A stretch of DNA of 64,000 nt from Gammaproteobacteria bacterium (GCA_963422205.2 CAXMWX010000012.1:64001-128000); one strand, 5' to 3'. Shown: positions 20,800 through 31,509, counted from the first letter of the stretch. Notes: a model not told the origin generated them from the letters alone. A program made the numbers and translations.

Positions 20800-21960
20800 T
20801 CACCTTCGTTGATCAAACCGCCTGCCGATGATTGCACTGGCGATATTGACCTTTTGAATATCAATCGCACCGCCGGCAATCCCCCAGCCCCAGGCATCAC
20901 GAAAGTATCGCTCCACCGAGTACTCCTTGGAATAACCATAGCCACCCATAAGTTGCAGCGCATTGCCGGTCACTGTTCTGGCGATCTCATTGGCATAACA
21001 TTTTGCGATAGACGACTCTTCCAGGCTGGGCAGGCCGTCTTCGGCATTGGATGCTGCCCGGTAGATCAACAAACGCGCTGCATCCACCTGCATACGCATC
21101 TCAGCAAGTTTTAACTGCACGGCCTGAAAATCGACAATCGGTTTACCGAACTGCTGCCGCTCCTGCACATAGCCGATCACCTGCTCCAGCGCACCGGATG
21201 CCTGTGCCAATGCCATGGTCGCATTGCCACAACGCTCCAGATCAAATGCCTCCATCAGTTTTTTGAAACCACCGGCAGGGACGATGATATGTTCTTCCGG
21301 AACAGTCACCTCATCAAAATAAATATCCGATGACGGCACACCACGAAAACCCATCAAAGACTCCGGTCTGCCAAAACTCATCCCCACCGTATCTTTTTCC
21401 ACGAACACCGCACCAATGCCATTCGCACCAGGCGCATCAGACATCCTGCAATAGACGACATAAGCATCGGCATGACCACCACCCGAACACCAGCGTTTGG
21501 TACCGTTTAAGATCACCCTGCCATTTTTATGCTCTGCATGCGTCCTCAGATCGGTCAGTGCCGAGCCGGCATTCGGCTCAGACATGGCCACTGCGATGAC
21601 CATATCACCTGCACACACAGCCGGTATCACCTTTTGCTTTAAACTGTCCTGCCCAAATTTTTCGATCGCCTTCACCGGGCCAACACAGGATTCAAATACC
21701 GGGAAGGCAACCGCCGATGAGATCTGTCCTATCTGTTCGATAACGATCAAGGCATCAAGATTGCTTAAACCCAAGCCCCCTGATCGTTCCGGTATATTCA
21801 CACCCAGCAGACCCATCCCGGCATAGTCTTTTATCAGCTCACGAGTTGGCGGTTCGCCTGAATGCTCTATTTGTTCAGCCACTGTCAGTAACTTCTCCCG
21901 AGCGTAACGACGCACGGACTCTTTTAATTGTGTTTGTTGCTGCGTTAATTGAAAATCCAC
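20800..21960 (-). CDS. Acyl-CoA dehydrogenase
   Basis: MSEPNAGS, LNGTKRW, R.QFG.PI..FQ, GGYGY..EY.VERY.RD; GTG start at 21960 inferred. Confidence 0.92.
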   Translation of the reverse strand: MDFQLTQQQTQLKESVRRYAREKLLTVAEQIEHSGEPPTRELIKDYAGMGLLGVNIPERSGGLGLSNLDALIVIEQIGQISSAVAFPVFESCVGPVKAIEKFGQDSLKQKVIPAVCAGDMVIAVAMSEPNAGSALTDLRTHAEHKNGRVILNGTKRWCSGGGHADAYVVYCRMSDAPGANGIGAVFVEKDTVGMSFGRPESLMGFRGVPSSDIYFDEVTVPEEHIIVPAGGFKKLMEAFDLERCGNATMALAQASGALEQVIGYVQERQQFGKPIVDFQAVQLKLAEMRMQVDAARLLIYRAASNAEDGLPSLEESSIAKCYANEIARTVTGNALQLMGGYGYSKEYSVERYFRDAWGWGIAGGAIDIQKVNIASAIIGRRFDQRR

Positions 21961-22103
21961 GACTGTCTGTACCCCTGTAGTTTGCCAGCCTGTTACACTT
22001 ATCGACCGGGCAGTATACTTTGCGCTATAGTAGAAAAAAAGCCAGAGATAACCGTCATATTCTTTAAGCCTGAAAAAAACCAGCGACAGCATCTAAACAG
22101 CCA

Positions 22104-23303
22104 ATGACAGACAACACAGCAACAGCCATTCTTGATGGTATTCGTGTACTGGATTTCGGTCGCTATGTCGCTGGCCCCTACTGTGCGACCTTGCTGGGGT
22201 ATCTGGGCGCCGATGTGATCAGAATCGAAAAACGTGATGGTGGCGAGGATCGCTATATTGCCCCGGTAACGGCAGCCGGTGAAGGCAGTGTGTTTTTGCA
22301 AGTATCCTGCAATAAACGCTCGCTGGCATTAAATCCCAAAAGCGAGCCGGGCCGGGAGATCATCAAACGCCTGATCAAAACAGCGGATGTCATCGTTGCT
22401 AATCTACCACCACAAATCCTGCAATCACTTGGCCTCGACTATGAGACCGTGAGCGAAATAAAAAACGACATCATTCTGACCACCCAAACCGCATTCGGGA
22501 GCCGCGGCCCGTGGGCTGATAGAGGCGGCTTTGATGGTGTTGCCCAGGCCATGTCTGGTGCAGCATACATGACCGGTACAGCAACGCAGCCGGTAAAAGC
22601 GGCAACACCTTATGTGGATTACAACACGGCCGTGATGTCGGCCTTTGGCACACTGGCCGCATTATATGCAAGAGAGCAAACCGGTAAAGGCCAGCATGTG
22701 CAAGCGACTTTATTAGGCACCGCCCTGGCGGCGTTTAATTCACACCTTATTGAACAAGCTGTAACCGGCCCGGATCGGCAGCCGAGCGGTAATCGTGTGC
22801 AGACCTCGGCGCCCTCTGATGTGTTTTCCACCCGTGATGGTTTCATTCTTACACATGTTGTCGGTAATAATTTATTCAGGCGATGTGCAGAACTCATCGG
22901 CGCCGAAGAATGGCTTGACGATGCGAGATTACAGGCTGATCAGGGGCGTGGTGATCACAGAGACGAACTCTGCGAGCGTATGGGTCAGTGGTGCAAACAA
23001 CACACAACCGGACAGGCGCTGGAAAAATTAGCCGCCGCCGGTGTGCCAGCCGGCCCGGTGTTGAACCTGCAACAGGCCATGGACCACCCGCAGATCATCG
23101 CCACACAGTTACTGAAAGGTATTGATTACCCCGGCCTGAAAAAACCCGCCCCTGTTGCCGATTTACCCATCACCTTGTCAGAGTCAGGTGGCGGTATTCA
23201 ATCGCGCCCGCCGACCCTGGGTGAACATAACGATGAGATACTGCAAGCATTAGGTTACAGCACGGAAGAGATAGTACAGTTGAAAAACGATCAGATCATA
23301 TAA
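22104..23303 (+). CDS. CaiB/BaiF family III CoA transferase
   Basis: LDGIRVLDF...AGP, LGADVIRIE, NKRS, GFD..AQA.SG. Confidence 0.92.
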   Translation: MTDNTATAILDGIRVLDFGRYVAGPYCATLLGYLGADVIRIEKRDGGEDRYIAPVTAAGEGSVFLQVSCNKRSLALNPKSEPGREIIKRLIKTADVIVANLPPQILQSLGLDYETVSEIKNDIILTTQTAFGSRGPWADRGGFDGVAQAMSGAAYMTGTATQPVKAATPYVDYNTAVMSAFGTLAALYAREQTGKGQHVQATLLGTALAAFNSHLIEQAVTGPDRQPSGNRVQTSAPSDVFSTRDGFILTHVVGNNLFRRCAELIGAEEWLDDARLQADQGRGDHRDELCERMGQWCKQHTTGQALEKLAAAGVPAGPVLNLQQAMDHPQIIATQLLKGIDYPGLKKPAPVADLPITLSESGGGIQSRPPTLGEHNDEILQALGYSTEEIVQLKNDQII

Positions 23304-23422
23304 GCCGGAGAAGTCGCAGGGTTAGCGCATAAGACAGCACCGGACGGATACCAACTGACAGGGGCAGCTGCCAGCGTCATGACAGATCACTGCCTTGAAA
23401 CCGTTGATAGAAAACAATGCAA

Positions 23423-24337
23423 TCAGGCCAGACTAATGCGGTAACCCGCACGGGGAAAATGCACATTCACCTCACCCGCCCTATCGTCTGTGCGGCGGAT
23501 GCTGATCTCCCTGCGGTTCAGTGTAATCAACCGGCCTGTTACCGGCACTTTGCCGTAATCATCAGGTTCAACAACCACTGTATCACCCGCTTTAACATCA
23601 AGCGGATCTCCCGGCGCACTGCCTTTGCCTTCAGCGACAGCCGTCTGGCGCGCAATCGTCAATGCCTGCTCTGCTGCCATATCAATCCGGTCACCATGAC
23701 CCACGGTGGCCATACGCTGCTCCCATGCCTTCATGTTGGTGTACGGAGTCAGGTAGTCATTGACCGGTACAACGTTATTGCACACCATCCAGACCACAAA
23801 GTAAGCATGGATATCGGCCAGCCCCGGCGCACTGCCAAACAAAAAATCACGTCCATCGGCCAGTTGCTCTTCAAGTAATTCAACATGGGCGAGTAACTGA
23901 GAATACAGGTGCGGGACATCCTCATCCAGCCGGTCGAAATCCATAAAATTAAAAAACGCTTTTCTGTCTTTCAGTACCGGTTCAGGGATCTCTTTGTTCA
24001 CGCTCATGGACAAACCAGCACCCGGCTGAAAGAAATTGCTGTCACTCCAGTAACCCAGCGCCCTGGCCATGCCGCTGTTGGCGGTCGGAAATAAACTGGG
24101 GCTGGGAAACCGCTCCTCCAGTTCCTGTGCTATGCGGTGCGTGTCACAGTAGATCTCGGCACCGCATTGCAATACCGGTGTTTTGCGATAACCGCCGGTC
24201 AAGGCCGTTAAGTCCGGTTTGGGCATGACCATCGGGATCTGCACGGAATACCAGTTTAATCCCTTTAATCCCATGATTAATCTGGCTTTTTCTGCAAAAG
24301 GCGAGCGGTCGAAATGGTGCAGGATCAACTCTGTCAT
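23423..24337 (-). CDS. Glutathione S-transferase family protein
   Basis: SPFAEK.R, MPKPDL.ALTGGYRKTPVLQ.GA.IYCDT; C-terminal HFPR.GY. Confidence 0.88.
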   Translation of the reverse strand: MTELILHHFDRSPFAEKARLIMGLKGLNWYSVQIPMVMPKPDLTALTGGYRKTPVLQCGAEIYCDTHRIAQELEERFPSPSLFPTANSGMARALGYWSDSNFFQPGAGLSMSVNKEIPEPVLKDRKAFFNFMDFDRLDEDVPHLYSQLLAHVELLEEQLADGRDFLFGSAPGLADIHAYFVVWMVCNNVVPVNDYLTPYTNMKAWEQRMATVGHGDRIDMAAEQALTIARQTAVAEGKGSAPGDPLDVKAGDTVVVEPDDYGKVPVTGRLITLNRREISIRRTDDRAGEVNVHFPRAGYRISLA

Positions 24338-24393
24338 GGATTGCAAGCTCTTGGCTTTGATAATCGCTGGATTATGGACTCACTAGGATAAAA

Positions 24394-24411
24394 AAACAAT
24401 CACGCCTGCTT
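24394..24411. promoter_or_regulatory. Candidate TetR operator copy in divergent promoter
   Basis: AAACAATCACGCCTGCTT, 14/18 match to the 13379 core. Confidence 0.45.
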
Positions 24412-24464
24412 GTTTTTATCCTGAACCCGTCTATAATAGCTTAAATTTTTCAGAATATTATCCT

Positions 24465-25688
24465 ATGGAAATCGCCTTCATAAACAAGTTAAAAGCCGGT
24501 ATGGATTATGAGCGCAATCGTCAAACACCCCCTGAAGGTTTCCCGGCCCTGCCCGCCATTCCCGCTGGCCGCTATACCGACCCTGAATTCCTGGTGCTGG
24601 AAGATAAATACCTGTGGAAAAAATCCTGGCTGTACGCCTGCCATATAGATCAATTACCCGAGCCCGGCAGTTTCATTCTATGGAAAAAAACCGGCTCACC
24701 TGTGCTGATTATACGGGATAACAACGATCAACTCCGGGCCTTTTATAATACCTGCCAGCACCGAGGCGGCCCCATTGTCAAAACCGACAGCGGCACTGTT
24801 GGCGAGCGCATGACGTGCGGTTATCACGGCTGGACTTACAACCGCCAGGGCAGCCTGGTAGCACTGCGTGATAAACGTGATTTTCCTGATTTTGACATGG
24901 CGTGTTACAGCCTGGTAAAAATACCCTGTGATCGTATCGGCAACTGGGTATTTATTAATGAAGATCCCGATGCCGAACCCTTGCACGATCATTTCCAACC
25001 GATGACTGGACAAATCGCGCAGTTCCAGCCGGAGAATCTCCGTCATATCAACACGCGCAGTTATGATGTGGCCTGTAACATTAAAGTGATGATGGATGCG
25101 TTTCTTGAGGTTTATCACCTGGCCTCTATCCATCAGAATACCGTTGATCGTTTTCTCGATCATCGCGGCACGACCATCAATCTCTGGCCCAAAGGCCACT
25201 CGCTCATGACCACACCCAACCGGCGTGCAGACTGGATAGACCCCGGCACCATAGGCATGAAGGCGATCCCCACAGTCACGGAGATCCCGGCAAAGAACAA
25301 TATCTCCTATAACTTCTTCCCGAACCTGGTCTCACCCATGGCACCAACGGGCATGTCTTTCCTCACGTTCTGGTCTACCGGCCCGGCCAGTATGCAGATC
25401 GACTGTCACTGGTTTGCCCCGGAGGCAGAAACAGCCGAACAGCAAGCCCTCTGGCAAACGCGCATTGATAACTTTGAGCGCATTCTCTACGAGGACACAC
25501 AGTTCGCCCCGCAGATACAGCGATCACTGGAATCCCCCGGCTTCAAAGGCGTTCACCCCTGTTATCAGGAGCGCCGAATCTACCACTGGCATGAGGAGCT
25601 CGATCGGCGCATCGGCCAGGATAATATCCCCCGACACTTGCAGATCAAGCCCATGCTGGCACCGTATCTTGAACCACCAGCCGATTAA
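24465..25688 (+). CDS. Rieske non-heme iron oxygenase alpha subunit
   Basis: CQH...CGYH; EVYH..SIH; ED. Confidence 0.92.
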   Translation: MEIAFINKLKAGMDYERNRQTPPEGFPALPAIPAGRYTDPEFLVLEDKYLWKKSWLYACHIDQLPEPGSFILWKKTGSPVLIIRDNNDQLRAFYNTCQHRGGPIVKTDSGTVGERMTCGYHGWTYNRQGSLVALRDKRDFPDFDMACYSLVKIPCDRIGNWVFINEDPDAEPLHDHFQPMTGQIAQFQPENLRHINTRSYDVACNIKVMMDAFLEVYHLASIHQNTVDRFLDHRGTTINLWPKGHSLMTTPNRRADWIDPGTIGMKAIPTVTEIPAKNNISYNFFPNLVSPMAPTGMSFLTFWSTGPASMQIDCHWFAPEAETAEQQALWQTRIDNFERILYEDTQFAPQIQRSLESPGFKGVHPCYQERRIYHWHEELDRRIGQDNIPRHLQIKPMLAPYLEPPAD

Positions 25689-25692
25689 GGCC

Positions 25693-27147
25693 ATGCAGAA
25701 CGCGACAGGCATTGTGTCATACAGCCGTTATGTGCCGACGCTTCGTATGCAGCGCAGCGCAATAGCCGCCGCGATTGGCTGGGCAGCGCCCGGCCTTAAA
25801 ACGCTGGCCAGAGGCAGACGTGCCGTGGCCAACTGGGATGAAGATGCGATTACCATGGCGGTGGAGGCCGGACGTCAGTGCCTGCATGGACAGGCGCGCG
25901 ATCATGTCGCTGCCGTGACGCTTGCCAGCACCACCTTCCCGTTTGCCGACCGCAGCAACAGCGGCATCGTGGTGGACGCACTGAACTTAAAGGCAGACGT
26001 CAGTAATGACGATGCAGGTGGCAGCCGCCGCGCCGCCAGCTCGGCCTTGATACGGACACTGAACCAGCAACCAACCGCATCGAGCAGCTTGCTTCTGGCC
26101 AGCGATTGCCGGGAAGCCAGGCCCGGCAGTACGCAGGAGATGCGTTATGGTCATGCTGCCGCCGCCCTGTTGTTAGGCAGAACGGACCCGATTGCCATAC
26201 CGGTAGCCAGCACCTCCCTGCATCGTGATCTGGTCGATCAATTCAGGAGCCAGGCAACCGGCTATGACTATGCCCTGGAACAACGCTGGGTGCGGGATGA
26301 AGGGTATATGAAGATCGTGCCCGAGGCGGTGCAGGAGGTGTTATCAAAGAGCGGCTGTCAACCCGGCGATATCCATCACTTCGCCCTGGCAGGTCCAGCC
26401 GCCATCGCCACGGCATTAATCAGAGAACTACAACTGACTAACGCCGATATTGTCGACCCGCTGCATGATGATGTGGGTGACTCTGGCGTGGCTCAACCGA
26501 TCATGCTGCTGGGCAAAGCCCTGGCACAGGCCGAACCGGGACAGAATATTCTCCTGGCCGGTTTCGGCCAGGGGGCGGATGCACTGATATTCACAACCAC
26601 CGATAAGATCAGGCAGACAAAGGCCAGGGACATCTTTCAGCAGAGCATCACACAGGCACGCGATGAGCATAATTACCTGCGTTATCTTGTGCTGCGGCAA
26701 CGGCTGCGGCTGGATTACGGCATCCGGGCCGAGCGGGATAACCGCACCGCCCTGTCCGCACTGTATCGCCGATGCGATGCGATCAGCCGTTTTAGCGGCG
26801 GCCGCTGCCAGCGCTGCGGCATGTTGCAGTTCCCTCGAAGTGCCGTGTGTGTGCGCTGCCATGAGGCAGAGACCCAACAGCCGGAATCACTGGCCGAACT
26901 TAACGGCAGGGTAAAATCGTTTACCGAAGATTGGCAGGCGCATACGCCCTGCCCGCCGCTCATCTATGGCAATGTCACTTTTCCCGACGGTGCCAACGTG
27001 ATGATGGAGTTTACCGATTTTGCCGCTGGCGAACTGGCAGTCGATCAAGAGGTACGCATGGTTTTTCGCATCAAGGATTATGATGAGAGGCGCGGCTTTC
27101 GCCGTTACTTCTGGAAATCCGCACCCGTGGCAGGCACAGATGGTTAG
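25693..27147 (+). CDS. HMG-CoA synthase-like domain fused to DUF35 (zinc ribbon + OB-fold)
   Basis: EDAITMAVEA, GDSG, AGFGQG; C-terminal CQRC...CVRC and MVFRIK...YFWK. Confidence 0.85.
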   Translation: MQNATGIVSYSRYVPTLRMQRSAIAAAIGWAAPGLKTLARGRRAVANWDEDAITMAVEAGRQCLHGQARDHVAAVTLASTTFPFADRSNSGIVVDALNLKADVSNDDAGGSRRAASSALIRTLNQQPTASSSLLLASDCREARPGSTQEMRYGHAAAALLLGRTDPIAIPVASTSLHRDLVDQFRSQATGYDYALEQRWVRDEGYMKIVPEAVQEVLSKSGCQPGDIHHFALAGPAAIATALIRELQLTNADIVDPLHDDVGDSGVAQPIMLLGKALAQAEPGQNILLAGFGQGADALIFTTTDKIRQTKARDIFQQSITQARDEHNYLRYLVLRQRLRLDYGIRAERDNRTALSALYRRCDAISRFSGGRCQRCGMLQFPRSAVCVRCHEAETQQPESLAELNGRVKSFTEDWQAHTPCPPLIYGNVTFPDGANVMMEFTDFAAGELAVDQEVRMVFRIKDYDERRGFRRYFWKSAPVAGTDG

Positions 27148-28342
27148 CGGTATAAGAGACAAGGTCGCCATCATTGGCATGGGGTGTTCTCGCTTCGGTG
27201 AGCGCTGGGACTGCGGTCATGAGGAACTGATACTGGAAGCCTTCACCGAGGCCATCGCTGATGCGGCCATTGCACGAGAGGACATTGAGGCGGCCTGGTT
27301 AGGGGTTTTCTTCCAGGAGCAGAATACGGGCAAATCCGCCCTGCCCCTCAGCCAGACCCTGCGGCTGCCCAACATCCCGGTTACCCGCGTGGAGAACCTG
27401 TGCGCCACAGGCACCGAAGCGCTGCGGGGTGCGGTCTATGCCGTGGCCGCCGGCGCCTGTGATACCGCCCTCGCCCTGGGCGTGGAAAAACTCAAAGACA
27501 CCGGCTATGCCGGCCTGCCGGAGCGCAGCAAAGGCACGTTTGAAGACCTCTGGCTGCCTAACAGCACCGCACCCGGCGCATTTGCCCAACTGGCCGGCGC
27601 CTATGCCGCCAAACACAAACAGAGCATGGCTGACGTTAAACAGGCCATGGCGCATATCTCGGTGAAAAGCCATGCGAATGGTTTGAAGAACACAAAAGCC
27701 CACCTGCAACACGCCATCACCGAAGAGCAGGTCTTAAACGCACCGGTGATCGCTTACCCCTTAGGGCTGTATGACTGCTGTGGCGTCAGCGATGGGGCCG
27801 CCTGCGCCATTGTCACATCAGTGGCAAAGGCCCGGGCGATGGGCTTAAAAGATGTTGTCGCCGTCAAGGCCATGCAACTGGCAGCGGGCAACGGTTATGA
27901 GATGTCAGACAGCCGCTGGGATGGCAGTTATACCCCTACCACCCGGCTGGCGGCACAACGTGCATACGAAGAAGCTGGCATCAAGACCCCCAGAGAAGCA
28001 TTGGACCTGGTTGAAGTGCATGATTGTTTCTCCATCACCGAGCTGGTAATCATGGAGGATTTATTGTTATCTGCACCCGGCCGGGGGATAGCGGATGTGC
28101 TGGATGGGGCCTACGATGCCGATGGCGTGCTGCCCTGCCAGATCGATGGCGGCCTGAAATGCTTCGGCCACCCTATCGGCGCCAGCGGCCTGCGTATGGC
28201 TTATGAAGTCTATTTGCAGCTACAGGGCCGGGCGGCAGAGCGCCAGCTGGCCAGCCCGACGATGGGATTAACGCATAACCTGGGCGGCGTACCAGCACGC
28301 AACGTGGCGAGCGTATCGGTATTCGGGCGGCTTGCCGCCTGA
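27140..28342 (+). CDS. Thiolase / acetyl-CoA acetyltransferase (SCP-x-like)
   Basis: VENLCATG, SDGAA, EVHDCF, GHPIGASG, HNLGG. Confidence 0.9.
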   Translation: MVSGIRDKVAIIGMGCSRFGERWDCGHEELILEAFTEAIADAAIAREDIEAAWLGVFFQEQNTGKSALPLSQTLRLPNIPVTRVENLCATGTEALRGAVYAVAAGACDTALALGVEKLKDTGYAGLPERSKGTFEDLWLPNSTAPGAFAQLAGAYAAKHKQSMADVKQAMAHISVKSHANGLKNTKAHLQHAITEEQVLNAPVIAYPLGLYDCCGVSDGAACAIVTSVAKARAMGLKDVVAVKAMQLAAGNGYEMSDSRWDGSYTPTTRLAAQRAYEEAGIKTPREALDLVEVHDCFSITELVIMEDLLLSAPGRGIADVLDGAYDADGVLPCQIDGGLKCFGHPIGASGLRMAYEVYLQLQGRAAERQLASPTMGLTHNLGGVPARNVASVSVFGRLAA

Positions 28343-28360
28343 GCGCATGGCGTCCTGGCC

Positions 28361-29299
28361 TTGAACATGCAAAGCCCCGTCAACAGGAGACAATCGACTG
28401 ATGCCCTGCCCGGCACAGCCAGCGAGTTGAACGAGCAGACGGCGGACAGACGCTGGGGCATGACCGATGAGGAGCTGGCAAGCTATCCTGTCATCTTCAG
28501 GCAGGACCTGCTGCAGGGCCAGGTCGTTCTTATCTCCGGTGGCGGCAGTGGCCTTGGCCGGGCGATGGCGTTTCTGTGTGTACGCCTCGGCGCCGAGGTG
28601 ATGATTTGCGGCCGCACGGAAGAGAAGCTGATCTCCGCCCACGATGCCATCAAGCGGTATCTGCACAAGGATATCGGCTATCAGGCCATGACGATTCGCC
28701 ACCCGGAGCAGGTCGCCAGCCTGATCGAGAAGACATGGCAGCGATACAGCAAGCTGGATCTGCTGATCAACAACGCTGGCGGCCAATACCCGCAGGCGGC
28801 CATCGATTTTACCCACAAGGGCTGGCATGCGGTGATCGACACCAATCTCAATGGCAGTTGGTACATGATGCAGACGGCGGCACGTTGGTGGCGGGATAAC
28901 AACCACCCCGGCAACATCGTCAATATCGTTGCCAATGTCGCTCGCGGGATGCCACAGGTCGCCCATACCTGTGCGGCACGTGCCGGCGTTGTTTATTTGA
29001 GCAAGACGCTGTCCACCGAGTGGGCGGCGCTGAATATTCGCGTGAATTGCGTCTCCCCCGGCTCTATCGCCAGCGATGGGCTGAATGTTTATCACCCGCA
29101 AGATGCAGAAAAATTCAAAGACAGCAACCCCATGCGTACGCTGGGCGATGCCTATGATATCGCCTCGGCCGTGGTCTATCTGGCCGCACCATCTGGCAAG
29201 TTCATCACCGGCGAGGTGTTGACCGTGGATGGCGGCAACCAGCAATGGGGACAGGTCTGGCCGGGCGGGGTTCCGGATGAGTTCAAGCTGACATATTAA
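28361..29299 (+). CDS. SDR family oxidoreductase (enoyl/dienoyl-CoA reductase-like)
   Basis: SGGGSGLG, NNAGGQ, AHTCAARAGV; true start may be 28460. Confidence 0.87.
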   Translation: MNMQSPVNRRQSTDALPGTASELNEQTADRRWGMTDEELASYPVIFRQDLLQGQVVLISGGGSGLGRAMAFLCVRLGAEVMICGRTEEKLISAHDAIKRYLHKDIGYQAMTIRHPEQVASLIEKTWQRYSKLDLLINNAGGQYPQAAIDFTHKGWHAVIDTNLNGSWYMMQTAARWWRDNNHPGNIVNIVANVARGMPQVAHTCAARAGVVYLSKTLSTEWAALNIRVNCVSPGSIASDGLNVYHPQDAEKFKDSNPMRTLGDAYDIASAVVYLAAPSGKFITGEVLTVDGGNQQWGQVWPGGVPDEFKLTY

Positions 29300-29314
29300 A
29301 TGGAGGTAAACCTT

Positions 29315-29875
29315 ATGACCGCAACACCGCTGCAACGCATCCCGCCAGAGCAACTGCCGCCGCCAGCATACAGGGCTTGGGAGCGGTTAAATGAACTGAC
29401 TGGCGAGCCGACATTCGTTGAGGTCTTCGCACAGGCGCCGGAGTTGCTGGACTTCATCATGCAACAGTTCTACGGCAGGATTTTTCTCACCGGTCGGGTG
29501 GCCGAGAAGTATAAACAACTGCTGCGCCTGTACCTGTCCCAGTTGCATGGTTGTCGCACCTGTAACAAGCAAAACCGGGCCGGCGCCCTGGCGGCGGGCC
29601 TGTCCGAAGAGCAGCTAAGCCGACTGGATGCCATTGATGATGGCCCGTTCAGCGATGCCGAGAAGGCCGTGCTGAGGCTCACTGAGCAGATGGCACTCAC
29701 CAATCACGGCGGCAAGCTGGATCAGGTACTGTACCAGCAGCTAAAGGCGCACTTTGATGATGCCGAAATCTGTGAGTTAGGCGTGGTCATGGCGATCATC
29801 AGCGGCCTGGCCAAGCTGTCATTCGTCATGGATCTGGTCGAGCGGGAGGACAACTGCCCGTTCGCCATCACTTAA
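29315..29875 (+). CDS. Carboxymuconolactone decarboxylase / AhpD-like protein
   Basis: L.RL.LSQLHGCRTC (CxxC), F..AE.A.L, HF...EI.EL; GGAGG RBS. Confidence 0.8.
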   Translation: MTATPLQRIPPEQLPPPAYRAWERLNELTGEPTFVEVFAQAPELLDFIMQQFYGRIFLTGRVAEKYKQLLRLYLSQLHGCRTCNKQNRAGALAAGLSEEQLSRLDAIDDGPFSDAEKAVLRLTEQMALTNHGGKLDQVLYQQLKAHFDDAEICELGVVMAIISGLAKLSFVMDLVEREDNCPFAIT

Positions 29876-29900
29876 AAGCAAGCATAATAGCGAGGTAGAT

Positions 29901-31265
29901 ATGATGACGGACAATATCGTTGAGAGTTGGCAGATTGATCCCAACGCATCCAGTGAACACCTGGAGGGCAAGCAGCCTTATATTGACAACGGCACAGAGG
30001 TGCTTGACCCGATGCGTTATTACAGCGCCGGGTTTATGGCCCTGGAATGGGAGCGACTCTGGACCAGGGTTTGGCAGATTGCCGGCGTGGAGTCCGACCT
30101 GCCAGAGGCTGGCGATTATTTTCTCTACCGCATCCGTGGCGAGGAGATCATCATCGTTCGGCAGGACGATGCCAGCATCCGGGCGTTTTATAATGTCTGT
30201 GCACATCGGGGCAACCGGCTGGTATTCAACGATCAGGGCAGCCTGTCGTGCTTCACCTGTGCTTTTCATTCCTGGGAATACGGCCTTGACGGTCGGCTGA
30301 GAAAAATCACCGACCGGGAAACCTTCCGCCCTGAGACGCTCTGCCATCAGCCTGCCATGACTGAGGTGCGCTGTGCGATTAGGGCCGGCCTCATCTTCAT
30401 TAATCTGGATGAGCAAGCCCCCCCTCTGACCGAGCGGCTGGGCCTGCCGGATGGCTATCTGGAGCAATATGGTATCGATCAGATGATCGTGGTGCGTCAT
30501 GTCATCAGCGAGTGGGCGGCGAACTGGAAGACCGGCATCGATGCCTTCTATGAGACCTATCATCTGCATGCGGTACACCCGGAAACCCAGGGCATGATGG
30601 CGGACATCGGCACGCAATATGATCTCTATCCCAACGGGGCCAGCCGTATGATCGTACCCATCGGCGTCAAAAGCCCGCGGGTTGCAGACCAGGACAGCCT
30701 GGACGATGGCCTGTCACAGATGATGCAAAGCGAGGGCATGGATGTCGGTGCGTTTACCGGTAATGCGCGGCAGGTACGTGCGGCGATAGCCCGACACAAG
30801 CGTGAGCGCGCCAGGACGCTGGGGTTTGATTATGATCACTTCACCGATGCCCAACTGACCGATAGCTGGGCCACCGGAATCTTCCCCAATGTGCAAATCG
30901 GTATGCACCCGGAGGGCTGTTTTCTCATGCGCTTTAGGCCACATGCGACCGACCCGGCCAGGTTTCTCTACGACACCATGACCCTGTTTCGCCCCGCCGA
31001 CCGGGCTGACTACAAGGCACCGGACTGGATGGGCATTCCGGAGGGGACTGATCTCAGCGGGCAGAGTCGCCCGGATACCGAGTATGTCGCTCTGGGCGAG
31101 CCGGCCCGGCTTGGGCTGGTGCTGGACCAGGACGCCTTCCTGCTGCCTTATGTGCAGCAGGGCGTACAGTCCCGTGGTTTCAAGGGCGCCATCTGGGGCG
31201 AGCAGGAACAGCGCATAAGGCATTTTCATGCCGAGCTGGATCGCTACATCGACGCTGAAAAATAA
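29901..31265 (+). CDS. Rieske non-heme iron oxygenase alpha subunit
   Basis: CAH...CAFH; ETYH..AVH; QD. Confidence 0.92.
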   Translation: MMTDNIVESWQIDPNASSEHLEGKQPYIDNGTEVLDPMRYYSAGFMALEWERLWTRVWQIAGVESDLPEAGDYFLYRIRGEEIIIVRQDDASIRAFYNVCAHRGNRLVFNDQGSLSCFTCAFHSWEYGLDGRLRKITDRETFRPETLCHQPAMTEVRCAIRAGLIFINLDEQAPPLTERLGLPDGYLEQYGIDQMIVVRHVISEWAANWKTGIDAFYETYHLHAVHPETQGMMADIGTQYDLYPNGASRMIVPIGVKSPRVADQDSLDDGLSQMMQSEGMDVGAFTGNARQVRAAIARHKRERARTLGFDYDHFTDAQLTDSWATGIFPNVQIGMHPEGCFLMRFRPHATDPARFLYDTMTLFRPADRADYKAPDWMGIPEGTDLSGQSRPDTEYVALGEPARLGLVLDQDAFLLPYVQQGVQSRGFKGAIWGEQEQRIRHFHAELDRYIDAEK

Positions 31266-31322
31266 CCTGCAACAGATTTTGTCGTTAAAAAGCAAGAGGG
31301 TATCGGTACTCGCTAAAATAAA

Positions 31323-31362
31323 AAACAGACATGATTGACTTTTTATTCAGTGTGACTATAGT
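31323..31362 (+). promoter_or_regulatory. Sigma70-like promoter overlapped by candidate TetR operator
   Basis: TTGACT-N16-TATAGT (31335-31362); AAACAGACATGATTGACT at 31323. Confidence 0.55.
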
Positions 31363-31509
31363 AAGGCGACTAAAGAGATCAAGGCCCACGTTGCCAACAT
31401 GGGCATGACCGGCAATCTATGATCAGGTGGTGGATCATCATCCGGCAGCGTTGCAAAATGACAACGCAACAGACAGACATAACCCAAACATAAACCCAAG
31501 GGGATTGAC

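Noticed and set aside
22095-22112. Further TetR operator copy at the caiB start
   Set aside because: Only one half-site matches; too weak to call.
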